From Pocillopora damicornis (lineage: Eukaryota), in assembly GCF_003704095.1 (NCBI RefSeq), contig NW_020844421.1, positions 1 to 64,000 on the forward strand: a stretch of DNA of 64,000 bases, given 5' to 3'. How positions within the stretch are numbered: position 1 is the stretch's first letter; the number at the start of each line of letters is the position of its first letter. Position numbers and translations under genes: made by a program. Under the pieces are notes generated by a model, which saw nothing but the letters and a program-made list of their open reading frames with translations, made no database searches and had not been told where the DNA came from. Positions 36,702 to 50,058 of this stretch are shown here, one piece after another.

Positions 36702-39700
36702 ATGGAATCATATTCTCTGCTGGAAAAGCTCAAAGAGACCATAAAAAGAGATTTTCAAGGCAAGGTGTAAATTGTGCATGTTAAAAAATATTACTTTATT
36801 TTTCTTGGGTGCATAGAGATAGTCAAAGACCTTATTCTTTCTTATGGCCCCAAAAATTAAACTAGCATATTTATCGAAAGGATGGTATTAATCTAAAGCT
36901 GTCTGCCGTAAAGAATTTTACTTGAGAAAATCTAAAACACAACTGCAGCACTTTTCGAGTTTGTAAAGAAATCGAGAAAGAGACATATTATGTCGAGTTT
37001 TTATAGAAATTGAGAAACTTTCTCAACTTCTTTAAAAACTCGATCGCCAGCTCAAAAAGAGCTGCAGTTGTGTAAAGAATCTAGGTGGGATCTAACCCTG
37101 AGTTCATGGTAACTCTCCCTCAATTAGTTGAACAAATATGTGAGAGTTTTCTACCATGCCTTGTAGGTCCATCTGTTCAGTTTTAAAAGATTAGCATGCA
37201 CCCAAACTAAAGCTTTAATAGAGTTTAACCAATAGTATAGAGCAGGACAGGAGTTCTTCTGCATTTATCAGGCCTACACAGGGAAGTGCAAGACACCTGC
37301 CAGAGGAGAAGTGAAAAGAAAAATTTCCCCTTCCCTTGCACATCTCTTGCCTCTTGCTTGCCTCCTGCTTGCCTGAAAAATGCAAAAAATGATGCCCAAT
37401 CTATGAGTTAGGCTGACCATGTCTCTACATAAGGGACAAGAATGTTAAAGCTCTTGTCTTGACTCTTGGGCAAGAGTTGTACATCATTCTGACTTATGCA
37501 TCATTCATTATTAGTATGCATTGATAAAATTTGATCGTTTCACATTTTCCAGATCTCAGTGACAGATGTACAGAGTCTGATAAAAGGGTTCAGTGCTTGG
37601 AGAAAGAAAATACTCAGATAAAGGAGCAACTCAAACAACTTCAAGATGAAAATAATCAGTAGGAATTAAATCTTAAACTTAATTTTTAACAAAGTTGTAT
37701 GACCTCAGTTATAAAAATGCTTTTGGTTCAAAGCAGCAGAAACTGAGAGTATATTATGAAATTAATAGGATTTCTAATTTTGCAGAGATTGAGTTGCAAG
37801 ATTTGCAGAAATTTAAGAATAATATCTGTATGCTGGAGGGAAAATTATTCCACTTTCTGTTTGACTCTCAGGAAGGAAAGGAACCATAAATTCTTGAACT
37901 TAACTGTTACTACAATTGTCAAATATTGTATGAACAAAATGTGTAAGTTTATATGTATCTCCCATATGGTTTTCTTAGGATATCCATATTTTGGTTGCAA
38001 AATATGTTAATAATTAGTTAGATAAGAGTATTGTTTAGATGCTGATTGTGTTTTCTTGTTATTACTTTCAAACTATTGCCTCAAGTCTTAAAGAAACCTT
38101 GGCAAAGGTCGAAAAAGAGCTGGCATACAAGGATGAAAAGCTAAAGAGGTGAAAGTAGAAGGATGGGTTGAGATGATGGACTTCTATCCATTAACCCTTT
38201 AACTCCCAAGATCTCATTAGTAATTCTCCTTACTGTCTGCCGTATAGTTCTTGTGGTGTTAGTTTGGAGAGTTTGGTATTGAATCAACTAATATTCCTGT
38301 AATTAATATTTTTCTTTATTCTCATCACTTATCTGCATGATATTGTATTGATATTGTAAGGAGAAATTCTGTCTTGGTCACTCATGGGAGTAAATTCTTC
38401 CTCCCCTTTCCCTACATGTATGCCTTTCTTTTTACATCAGTTTTGTGACAATAATATTTCAGGAAATGTGATGAACTGCACAGGAAAGAACAATGGTGGG
38501 ACCAATTTCGAGATGAAACTCAGCGGAGGTTTAAAGGTTGGTTTTTACATACATGATGATATCAAAGTCTTAGACTTGGTCAGGAAATTAAATATTTGGT
38601 AAAAACTTTTATTTACCTCTTTTCCTTGATTATGATTTTGCATTTACACATACTGCAATCTTCAAATAGTTCTTCTCTTTTTCTGTAAATCCCTAGAAAT
38701 AGATTACAATATAATTACCAAATGAGTTAATTCACTAAGTATAATGAATTAGGCTGTGGTGTTAGCCTGTTTGTTTTTCTTTGTTAGAGAAATGGAATGG
38801 TTGTTTGTGTACAACTTCTGTTTAAATGTTCTTTCCTGCATTTTGCTCTACAGCAATGAAATCATATGGAACATTCCCTCCACACATCCTTGAAAAATAT
38901 GTAAATAAGGATATTTTCCAGGAGTTGATGTGAGTTGAAAAATCTGTTACTTACTTTTGCATTAAAGTAAACCCAGGTTGTAGTCCCTGTGTCAATTTTT
39001 GGAGGACTAAATTCTAGTTGGCTAATATAAAACTGATGAAATAATTTGAGAGTAGAGGGGTGCTAATGAAGAAATTGGTAAAGAGGGATAAGGAAGACTT
39101 CAAGTTTGATTAGGTAACATATTTGTCATCTTTTGTTTTAATCCTTTAACTCCTTGATCAAATTTGTAATTCTCCTTACTATCAACTTCACAATTCTTAT
39201 ATAATGTTAGTTCAGATAATATAGTATTGGATCAACTATTTATCCTCAAAAGGATAATTATTTTTTTTATTCTCATCTCGTATCTGGTTGATATTGTATG
39301 GATATTGTAAGGAGAAATTCTGTCTTGGTCACTCATGGGAGTTTAAGGGTTAATCCTCTACACCCTAACATTAATATCCTTATTAACGATACTGTTATCT
39401 ATAAACATTTCCTATGGGACCAATGAGGAGAATATGAGAGCTTCTTTGGCCAGCAATACTATCCTAAATTCTCATAATTTATCCTTGATGCTTGTTTTGG
39501 GGATGATACTGTAAGCAGAAATGAATTTGATGTAAGTTTCTCTAAGGGATGTAAGGGCTATGAAACTTTTGTGAATTTGTGTCCTCAGGAATAATAATTC
39601 TACTAGCTCTTCCTTATACAAAGAAGATTGCCTCGTGATCAACAAGAGGAATGGCAAACTCTCCACCCTTAAAAGTAGGAAGAAGGTTAGATACAACAAA

Positions 39701-42700
39701 GTGTCAGCCTCGCAGTCGACTGCTGCAGAGGAAGTGAAAACAAATTCTCAAGACAAAGACGAAACACACATCAGTGAAACTGAAGAAAAGGAAAAACTGA
39801 TAACGGATGATGACGAGGTTTATCCTGATACCAATGAAAGCACAAAACTTTACCATCATTCTCCACCTGATCAAAGGCAAGGAGGCAATATTTCTGCTCA
39901 TCCTGAGGTTCTTGTTCAAGAAACTGAGGATGTGTACACAGAAGAAGTTGGTGATGGCTTCGGTTGCTTTATAGGGGCACCTTCTGCAGCAAGTACTCCT
40001 CTTGCTGCCGCAAGTTCACTTCGTTTTGATTATGATAATGTTGACGATGGTGATGGTAATGATGATGATGATGATGATGTGAGTGTTGGTATTCTAGATA
40101 ATCCAAAACAATATCCGAAGGATGAAACTATGGATATTTTAACTAATGTTAAGTCGCAGCTAGCAAATTTGCCTAAATCAGATTCACAATTTCCAGTTGA
40201 CTTGTCGTACACACAGCCAGAATCTCCAACGATTCCAAGCCGTACGCGTTCTCTGCAACAAGACATGAACCTGACTGCTGATTGCTCAGTGTCGCTTTTA
40301 CCTCATGGACTCAAGGCCGAAGAGAAATCTGAGAAACAAGAATGCAAACCCAATTTTGATTCTAAATTGGTTGAGGACAATGTTAAAACAGAAATCGAGA
40401 ATGAACAAATGGAAAAACAACCTCCACCAATGAAAGCTGCAAGCACTTGCAAAAGCAAATCAACCAAACAGACAACTTTGGACACAAACTTTTTCAGCAC
40501 GAAAGGAGCTTTGAGCAAAAATGATTTTACCTCTGGGAAGAGAAAGAGGGACACTTCAGGGGAATTTTATGATCAAAAGTCCCATGGAAAAAATGAAGAT
40601 TTTAGGGTTAGTTAATTATTTACTTTTACGTTCAGTGTTTCAGTTAAAGTCTTTTTCCGTCAAAACTAAGACAAACTTTTCACTTTTGGCGAATTTATGA
40701 TTGTGTCGTTTAATCTAGTTTGACGATTTTACGCATTAAGTAGCGAAACAGCGCAAGGCCATGGTGCAATTATTGAGAGTTTATTGAAAACTGGTGAAGA
40801 TTCAAGTCTTCGTTGTAAGATTTTGTACTTAATATTTGCAAGTTGCTTAAAATTTTGAACGAACACAGTGCGACACGCTTTGCGCAGGTATAAAAAAAAA
40901 ACACTTATGACGTAATTTTCGGTCAAAAAGGAACGGACAGTAGTCTAAGGATGAAGAAAATTAGCACGGATTAGTAAGTATAACTTTGACAGATTCATTA
41001 TTTTTTTGGAACCATGTATTTGTTAGGGGGAAAAATTTAAGACTTTGTTCAAAGTACCTACGGCACCACCGCCAAAAACACCCGAAGTGATTCTACTGGA
41101 GGAATTTCCTTCACGCAGAGCTGATAAGAAGTCTTTTACCACTCCGTTGGGTAGCAGTGGAGATATCACAGGGCTGTACACGAGTGGTATGGACCTTTTT
41201 GGTAATATGGATGAATGCTGCTCATCAGGTAATCACCAGAATTGAAGAAAATTGCTTTCTTAAGCGCTCTGCGATTTGTTTAGAGCTCGCGCCGCTTTTG
41301 CAACCAATCAAATGCAGGACCGAACCAATCGTGACTTGGTCTCACGAATCGTTTCACCCGGGCTTGGACATGATCATGTAATTCTTCTTAGATTCTTCAC
41401 GGGCTTGTTGTTGCATTTGCATTGCTTTCAACCTCTTCGTCGATTGTGTCGAATCTGAAACTAATTTCAATGTACGAGTAGTGGCTGAATTTTAGGTGTT
41501 CTCAGTTTTCTTTAGTTATTATTTTTGCTGCATGTGTATCTTTTCATCGTTAGATGTGCAACAGGACAGTGAAAAAGAAGGTCTTTGCTTGGAGAACGAC
41601 GGAAAAGAAAATTTTACAGGCAAAAATGAGGTACTGACTGAGCTAATAGTTTGGCTATACGCACTTTCACCAAAGTGTTAAATAACAAGTTACCTTTTTT
41701 TCTTATAAACAGAAATATAGCAGTAAGGCTTCGCAAGAAAACAGGCCGAAAGATACGAATGAGTGTTCAAAAATGGGAGTCAGGTATTTGGTATTTGAAT
41801 TTATCAATTCCATCCAGTAGTTGAGCTAACGAGACATATACAGGTGTTTTGATAAGCTTTTTTCCATGGGGCATTAGGCGGCTGTACCCGGGAGAGGTCC
41901 GTAAGTCGAAACCTAAACACGAGTTTGCTCGTATGCTAAACGGACGGCGGTGAGAGGAGTAATGGGCAGCGGTAGACCGCTGTAAATCAGCTCTTTATGA
42001 AACTTACCCCTGCATACGAGATATGCCATGATGCTGATTCGTATAGCTACCGGAACTTCCTCCCCTCGGATGAGATGCTAGTCTATACTGGGTTACCCGT
42101 GGTCTCCGTGAGGGTTTGCAGTTAGCATAGGTAACAACATGATTTTGAGTGCAATTTGGTGTAAATAAAGACGAAAAAATTGTACGAGACCGTAGGGCGA
42201 GTGCAATTTGTGCAAATTTTACAAGTGTTTATTACACCAAATTGCTCGAGAATTCATTTTATGAGTTTTTAATAATGCACATGAAAGATCATCGCAGAAA
42301 GTCAAGACCGACGAAATTTTGAAAGCGTGCGCGCACTATTTGTAATTTGCACCCGTGTTACAACTTTGTAATCGTATTACAAATTTGCACGCGTGTTACA
42401 TGAGAATGCACTCGTTTTCAACCAATCAGAAGCGCCTTACTTTTTCATGTACATTATTACGGAATTTACAGGTAGGCGGGAAAAAGCCCTCTGAGTGTTA
42501 GCCTACGTGTAGCCGCACCCTTCCTCCCCAAAGGTGAAACAGAGGCGCCTACATTTTACCTTTGGGGGAAGGGTGCGGCTACACGTAGGCCCTCTGAGGG
42601 TAAGTTGTGTACAAGTGACGAAATGATCCTCGAGGGTGAGCTGCAACTGATAAACTGCGGAAAAAGTGGCTTTAACCCTTTATATAAAGGGTTAAATATT

Positions 42701-43955
42701 TCATATTCTCCATACCCCTCTCTATATGTTTCTACCGATACTGACAAGGAGAATTGATATGAAGATCAAAACCTCCAAGGCAGCGATCATTTCCTTTATT
42801 CTCATAATTTTAATGAATGGTTGAGCAGTATTACTGTGAGGAGAACTTAGATGCCGGTTACTCTTAGGGTTTAGCCCTTTAACTCCCATGAGTGACCAAG
42901 ATAGAATTTCTCCTTACAATATCAAACAGATAAGTGATGAGAATAGAGAAAAATATCAATTTGGGAGTGATTAATTGATCCAATACTAAATTCTCTGAAC
43001 TAACATTACATGAATTGCATGGTTGATAGTAAGGAGAATTTCAAATTTGATCTGGTAGATAAAGGGTTAAAGGGTCAAGAGATTTAGGCCTCGACGAGAT
43101 TCGAGCCCATGACTTCTAGGTACTAGTTCATTTGAGCAGCAAGGCCACATTTTGAAAGTGAGGCAAATTTTTGAGAATTCTTTGCTCCCATAAAGGAATG
43201 CTCCTCTTGAATTTGTCTTTCTTCCGACATATGGCTTTTTAGCTCAGTTAAAAATATTGTATTAAACGCGTACATCAATATTATTATTGCTAACGCTGGT
43301 GAATCATTCCCTCCTAAATTTGACTAGGAATAATGACGCTGAACCAAATTATAAATACGTAGAAGTTGTCCGGAAGAAAGATGAAAGAGCCAAGCTAAAC
43401 GGCTATAAATGTCGTGACTGCCAAGAGGTAACATGCCAGATTACTTAGACAGAAAAAAATAGTCCACTGAGTGAAAAAGTGAACTAAGACATTCCATGCT
43501 GGAATTTGGCCCAAAAGGCACTAAGTACAGGAAAACTTAGGCACGAAGAATACAGGAATTTTAAAGGCTTTTGAAGCGAACAAAACATACTAAAGAAGCA
43601 AGGCAGATCTTTTCATCGGTTTTTTTTTGTGGAAGTAATTTCTTCCTTGTATAGGGGGAATATGCATCATCAAGAACCTGTAGATTACTAAATAAGTTTA
43701 AAGTTAATAGTGTTTTAAATGGTATTAAAAAATGGTATTTAAATGGTTTAAAAGGAAGACCTTATTCCTGTTTTCTCGTCACCATATTCCTACCAATAAC
43801 GTAGCTCCACTTTCTGCATATAAACCCACACACAACTCACAATTCCTCCAATCGCTCTGACGAAGGGCTAACCCTCAAAATGTCAGGTTTTTTACCCTTT
43901 ACGGTGGCCAATTTACGTTTTCAACTCAATTGTTAACACTAAATTACCTGCTATA

Positions 43956-43998
<43 letters not shown>

Positions 43999-44661
43999 AC
44001 CTTTAGACCTAATCGCTGACGAGAGGTCATGAAAGAATGTCTGTTTTGGTTTAAGCCTTATAAAAGTTGGAACATGTGACCTGTTTTTCTCTCATTTTTG
44101 TTTAGTTTGAGAGCAATAGATAAAAATCAATTCAGCCGTTGGCGAAATTTATTCCCTTGTTTTTGTCCTTTTTTTAGGATTTGTATTGTATTGGCTAATA
44201 TGATGTTCTTCACGATGGGCGACTTTTTTTCAGTCTGTGCGTCAAAGTTTCGGTGTTACGTAACGAGTCAGTTAGAGTTGAGAAATGTTAAGCCGATTGT
44301 TGACAGTGGTCTCTCGAGTTCTCTTTTACATATTTAGATTATTTCATCTGTTTTGCAAATGTGATAAATTAGGTTTGCTATTGTGATTGCCAATCGAAAT
44401 GCGCTCAAAGACAGATATCCCTTTTCTTTTCAGTACTACCAGGGCCTTGATCTTCCCGAAGATGAGCTGAAAAAACGTTTGAAGCACTGTTCTCGTCACC
44501 GAGCGAAGTTTTCACCACCACCGTCCACTCCGCCAGGCTTTTGGAATTTAAGCTTTCCGGATACCCAAGAGTATATGGCTAAGGGCTATTTAAAGACTGA
44601 GTCGGAAGCACCGGCTCCGAAGAGACTTCGGAAAACACGACGGAATAGGATCGCAAAGTGA
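36702..44661 (+). CDS. RBBP8: DNA endonuclease RBBP8/CtIP (Sae2 family), ~11 exons
   Basis: N-terminal MESYSLLEKLKETIKRDFQ|DL (tetramerisation-like) and coiled coil (exons ~37553-37658, ~38086-38148, ~38463-38536, 38854-38929). Large acidic exon 39589-40606, then exons ~41027-41228, ~41554-41630, ~41713-41783. C-terminal YVEVVRKKDERAKLNGYKCRDCQE (43328-43427)|YY...CSRHR...STPPGFWNLSFPDTQ (44434-44661) carries the CxxC, RHR, CDK TP and TQ sites. The exact start is uncertain. Confidence 0.93.
38191..38395 (-). mobile_element. CMITE-type MITE (reverse orientation)
   Basis: ttaaccctttaactcccaagatctc...cttggtcactcatgggagtaaa. Confidence 0.85.
39138..39555. mobile_element. CMITE-type MITE (39138-39353) sharing a TTAA with an adjacent second-subfamily MITE
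   Basis: ...gggagtttaaggg-TTAA-tcctctacaccctaacat... Confidence 0.7.
42501..42590. mobile_element. Palindromic MITE-like hairpin
   Basis: gcctacgtgtagccgcacccttcc / ggaagggtgcggctacacgtaggc, with gccctctgag repeated on both flanks. Confidence 0.8.
42672..43075. mobile_element. Nested CMITE-type MITE cluster in a CtIP intron
   Basis: TTAA-ccctttatataaaggg-TTAA mini-palindrome, a second-subfamily body, then a full copy at 42871-43070. Confidence 0.75.
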
Positions 44662-45548
44662 AGTGTCTTTTCGAAGATTAACGATGAATTGCGAAGTTGA
44701 CATGAAGATGTCACGATCGCTGATTGCTCGGGTTATCCGTGTGGTAACGAAGAAAACCGATTGGTGGAAGATGATACGAGGCATAATACAAATATAGAAC
44801 TGTATTGTGAACAAGCCTCATGCATTTATACTAGAATGTACTGCTTGTCAATTTTTTTTCTTAAGTGTGTACATGTCGAGAAATATTACGAGGAGCCAAT
44901 GGGAACTCACTACAAGAAAACATGCCTGCCGCGCGGAAAAATGCGATTGAGCAAGTCGTCATTGGTTTAAGTTTTGAATCCATTTGCTTTTTAAAGTGGC
45001 GCGAGTTTCCTAGACCAATCTCCTATTCAGAGCAATCTCGGATAAATTTCAACACTTTTCTCTAGAGTGTATTTCGATCGAGCGTCATAAAACCGAAGTC
45101 AACGTAATCACAACGACCTATCTGACGAAAAAAATATCGCTTAGGGCAAATGGGAACCCAAATAGCAGAAGATTGTCCCCTCAGTTCAAAAAAGTCTGCT
45201 ATGAGAAATAATAATGACTGTTTATGAAAATCCTTCCGTAAATCAAGATGTAATTTACTGATCCACGAGTGTAATTTCAGAAATTCCAACATGCGTTCTA
45301 AAACCATCCTGATTTGAACTAAATTATTTTGAATCAAATGCTTCCCAATCACCTTTCTCGTTCCACTCCCTGTCTTGCAAGAGACGACGGAGAAAATTCC
45401 TTGGGGACCTGAATCCAAATGGATTTGCATTTTCAGCGCCATTTTTGAAGCGAACAGGATCAACACGAATAGCTCACTTGCCCTTGCAGTTCATTCCTGC
45501 ATTTAGCAGAAGGGCGATTTAAAGAAGCGTTAATTGTCCTTCCTTGCC
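43610..45548 (+). repeat. Segmental duplication copy A (CtIP last intron part, terminal exon, 3' region and TPX2-like promoter)
   Basis: 43610-43745 and 44005-44057 match 50900-51095. 44897-45548 matches 51196-51849. Confidence 0.9.
43845..44003 (+). mobile_element. Penelope-like-derived repeat with a degenerate hammerhead motif, present in duplication copy A only
   Basis: GCT-CTGACGA-AGGGCTAACCCTC-AAAAT-GTC-AGG at 43854-43887, then ...cccaccgacgcagcaccacagtttctttagaaacttacc. Confidence 0.7.
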
Positions 45549-47474
45549 CATATGACAGTGATTGCGTTTGTCCTTGAGAACTATATTGAATACGCGACAA
45601 ATACGAGCAAAAAATATTTTTACACATTCAAAATAAATCGATTAACATTTACCTATGGCGAAAGAAAAAAGAATTGGCCTAACTTTTATGGAATGTGCGG
45701 CTAACATCCGCCAATTTCCGCTGCTTTAACCGAAAATGAAATATTCGAAATTCATTGAAAATGAAGCTACCACAATGCAACGCAATCGGAGTGCGCACAT
45801 CTTTTTTAAGAGCGATTTTGCCGCAATTCAGCATTGAGTTCCTGCTCTCTTGGAAAGGCCTTTGGATAGTTCAAGGCATTGTTTGTACATGCAAGTGTTT
45901 TCCAGTGTTGGATAGCGGTTTTGTACATGTCTAAGGTGAGTGAATGAGGCGAAGATCGACTTTGCAGTCTTGGGAACGTGCAGACTGACTGCACTTCAAC
46001 AGGAAGTCTAGTTGGTCTTTTCGCTTATGACTGCGTTTCTCGTTTTGGTCACGAAACATCTTGCTCGGGAATTCGAAAGTTCAGAGAGCTCATCTCTCGT
46101 AATCTTTCAAAGAACGTCTAATCAAACATTTCAAAGTTGTGGATAAGGGCTTTGATCAACTTTTATAGGTATTTGTTTTCGATCACAGCTGTACCTAGTT
46201 ATAAACATAAATAAACATCTACGTACTAGTCGCCGGTTCGATGCGGTTGTAGTATTTTGGAATGTTTCTTAAGCTTTTCGCGGTATTCATGACCAGGAGA
46301 CAGTTTAATTTGCGAAAGGAAGCAAGATTGCTGGGAACATATTCCAACGTAATCGACGAAAAAAGTTCATTTGCAGCCATTTATAGTAACATAAACAACG
46401 GAGCTATTTTCTCGTCCATACATGTATCATGTATGAGCATCATGTCTTAGCGCAACATAGAGCCAGGGGTGTTGTAATTAATTATGAGCAATCATAGCAT
46501 GATTGTTTAACCTCTTATACCCTAACATCAGTCAGCATATTCTCCATTCTGTTCTTCATACATTTCTTGAGGTCGTGACGAGGAGAATTTCTCGAGCAAT
46601 CAAGAGTTTCTTTAGCTGGCGATCATTTCCTCCATTCTCATGAACTTACTGTTTTATTTGGGGGTGATACTGTAAGGAGAATCTAGACGCTAGTCACTCT
46701 TAGAGGTTACAACATGATTCTGCCTTTCTTCTTTTAATACCATGAAAGGTTTTAGGAATAAACTTTTTGATTCAAACAACAGGTGCTGGAAGAGCAATTT
46801 TATAGATAAAATTTAGAAGATCTCATACAATGTGAAGAGGGGCATATCATTCCTATGAGTTTTAAAGGATTTTTATGAAAGTATCAATGGACTTAACATA
46901 TGACTCGCTGCTTTGGAATTTATTTTCCATTGTCCTACTTTCAAACTATGGTCAGTCCAATAAGGAGTCTTAAAGCAATATAAGGGGATTTTAGTCTTTT
47001 TGTGTAGGAGGAGAGAGTAATATCTTGGATATGAATTCAAACTATATCGACAGAAACAGAAGTTTTCTGGTATGATTTTAGTTTTTGATGAGTTATGTGC
47101 TTTTGGTTCATTTTTGAGTTGTCTGATTGTCAAGCTGTTAATAAGTGTTTCTAGAAGAAAGGGTGTATTATGGTGCAAAATTCTTTCATGCAAGGCTGAC
47201 TGAAATATTTCTAAACAGGAAACTCTTTCTTCTTTGTAATGTTTAATTTACAGTCTTTTGTTTTTGATATTCCTAAGACATAGACTAGTATAGTTATTTT
47301 GAGATGTCTTGATATTGGTGTTGTGTTAACATTTTGTAGCCTCCTTTTGTGTGATGTATGATATTTGTAACAAGTTCGTGTCTTACTGTTTATTATTTCA
47401 TTGCAGGATACTCATGGTATTAAGCATCAAAAAATTTCTGTAAAACCGCTGTGTGTGCATTAGCGTTATCAATT

Positions 47475-50018
47475 ATGCCGATTCAAAAACCTCAAGGAAC
47501 AGAATTTCTTCAGTGTCCAATATGTTACAAGGAATTTGACAATCATGATCGGCAGCCAATCAGCTTGGGATGTGGACACACATTTTGTGTTTCCTGCTTG
47601 TCAAAACTGTCTAAAACACAGTGCCCTACTGATCAGGCTCCTGTAGAGACAGATATATCCAAACTTCCATACAACTTTGCTTTGCTTCAATTAGTTGGAG
47701 AAGAAATGCCAGACAATAGGCTTCCCCCAATTGACAGTCTTAGAGAATATGCCACTTATTATTTAAATTCAAAAGGCTGTATTGAAAAGCTTGCCCTGTT
47801 CTTGAAACCTGTCAGTGGCTCTGGTAATGGTACAGTGAATGGAAAAGTCAATGGCAGCACCCGTAATGGTTCTGTCAACAGCAATGGGAATAACGTCCTT
47901 ACGAGACCCATGCAGAGGAAGCTTGTGACATTAGTTAACTGTCAATTGGCTGAGGGTGAAGGAAGATCTAGAGCCATGCGTGCAGCCAGAAGCTTGGGAG
48001 AAAGGACAGTTACAGAGCTCATTTTATTGCATCAACAAGTCTCAGCTAATATATGGGCTGCTGTACGGAATCGTGGTTGTCAGTTTTTAGGACCAGCTAT
48101 GCAGGAAGAAGCTTTGAAACTGATTTTGTTGGCTCTTGAGGGTGGTGAGGCTTTGTCTAGAAAGGTTTTGGTTCTTTTTGTGGTCCAGAAGCTGGAATCT
48201 GTGTTTCCACAGGCTTCCAAAACAAGTATTGGCCATGTAGTGCAGTTGCTTTACAGAGCATCCTGTTTTAAGGTGAGTTTATGCTTTATGCTCCATTAAG
48301 GTGGTTTTCAGTGGATGTCTGTTAAATTGTCACTAAAAAGTGCTCTGAGATTTTTGTTATGTAGGAAATTGAGTATGCTTGTAATATATATTGAATGTAA
48401 TTAAGAGGTCTCTGTGTATTTAAAAGTATTGAACTGCAAATGTTGACTCAATTTTTTCATTCAGGTCGAGGAAAAGAACAATGAGCCATCTCTAATGCAG
48501 CTCAAAGAACAGGTACTGTTTCTTTGAAAAATTTAATAAGTGTTTTCAGATGTAACTGCCATTAAATTCACATGTTGGTTATTTTTTTCCATTGAATAAA
48601 CAGTGGTTAATAATTGTGTTGGTTGTGCTTTTTAGACTTAAAAACATTATATCATTCTTTTTTTTTTCTTTTTTTTTTGCTATCAGTACCGTACTTATGA
48701 TGCACTGCGGAAAGTACATGATGCACAGATAGTGCAAATTGCAACAGAGGCAGGGCTGCGCATTCTCCCAGACAAGTGGTCCTCACTGCTCTACGGTGAC
48801 ATGGATCACAAGTCTCACATGCAATCTATCATTGACAAGGTGTGTTGTTAGTTATGGCTTCAGCTTTAATGAAGTAAAACTGTACATTTAATACAATGGA
48901 TCTAAGCTAGTTTGAAATTTTTGATATCACTATTCAAGATTTAAAGCAGCAGGGCTATTATTGTATTTCTATCATGGGAAGACCTGTGAATTTTTTAATG
49001 GAGTGTTATGGTTTGCATCACAAGTTTATCCCAAAAAATGGTAGCATTACAGTTAAAACTAATTTCTTTTATTTTGTTTTCAGCTCCAAACCCCTGCCTC
49101 ATTCTCCCAGAGCATCCAAGAGCTGATCATTGCCCTACAGAGATCTGGCGATCCTGGGAATCTCTGTCAAATGAGAGATCAGTTTGAATTACTGTCCCAC
49201 ATTGATGCATCTCCAGGTTTGTGTGGCAGTCTTTTTTGCAAGAATGGCAAGTTGTTGCTTACAGAAGCACACAAATTTTCATTGACTGAAGCTTGAATAA
49301 GTTCTTGACATTAGTGGCCTGTTTTCACCAAGTTGTTCACTATAGCTTTGGGATCATATACATGTAGACACCCCAGTTGCACAGTTAATTACAGGTACAT
49401 GTACTTCAAGGTCAAAAACAATTGCATTACCAGTTGAGATAACATGTGTCTTTGATTTTTTTTCCTGCAGAGGCATCATGTCCAGCTTGGGATGAGCTAG
49501 AACAAGCCATGGTTTCTGTACATTCTGTGGTCCATGGATTTGTTAATTTTTCAAAAGTGAGTGGTGGTGTTTTTGTTTTTCAAAATAAAATCCACTGATT
49601 TCTTGATTTGAGTCTATTTTGATTACATGGAAACTACACGAGAGCTCTTTTGGCAGATGCAGGATGATCACTGTGATCAATGTTGCTTTTGGTTCTATTC
49701 TTTCATATTCAAAAGGTTAATTTGAAACATCTGCAGGCTCATTGATATAAAAGAGCAGATTAAAAAAAAGAAAAAAAAACTAGATGCATGCAGAAGCATC
49801 AAGAGCAGCTGTTGAACATTTAAGGGTCTCCTTTGTTTAACAGACAAGTCTTGCATTTCCAAAAGTTTATCATAACCATTGGTAACAGTTTAGTAATTTT
49901 AAAAGTACTGAGTAGTCTAAAGGATGGATTATGTTTTTCCTTTATTTTGATGATATCAGTCACATGGCAGAGGAATGAAAGGATCTGGTGATCCACCACA
50001 AGTAAGTACAATTTGAAG

Positions 50019-50058
<40 letters not shown>

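Noticed and set aside
44010-44045. ctgacgagaggtcatgaaag as another hammerhead
   Set aside because: It has no credible stem II or III, and the duplicate copy (51056-51080) lacks GAAA.
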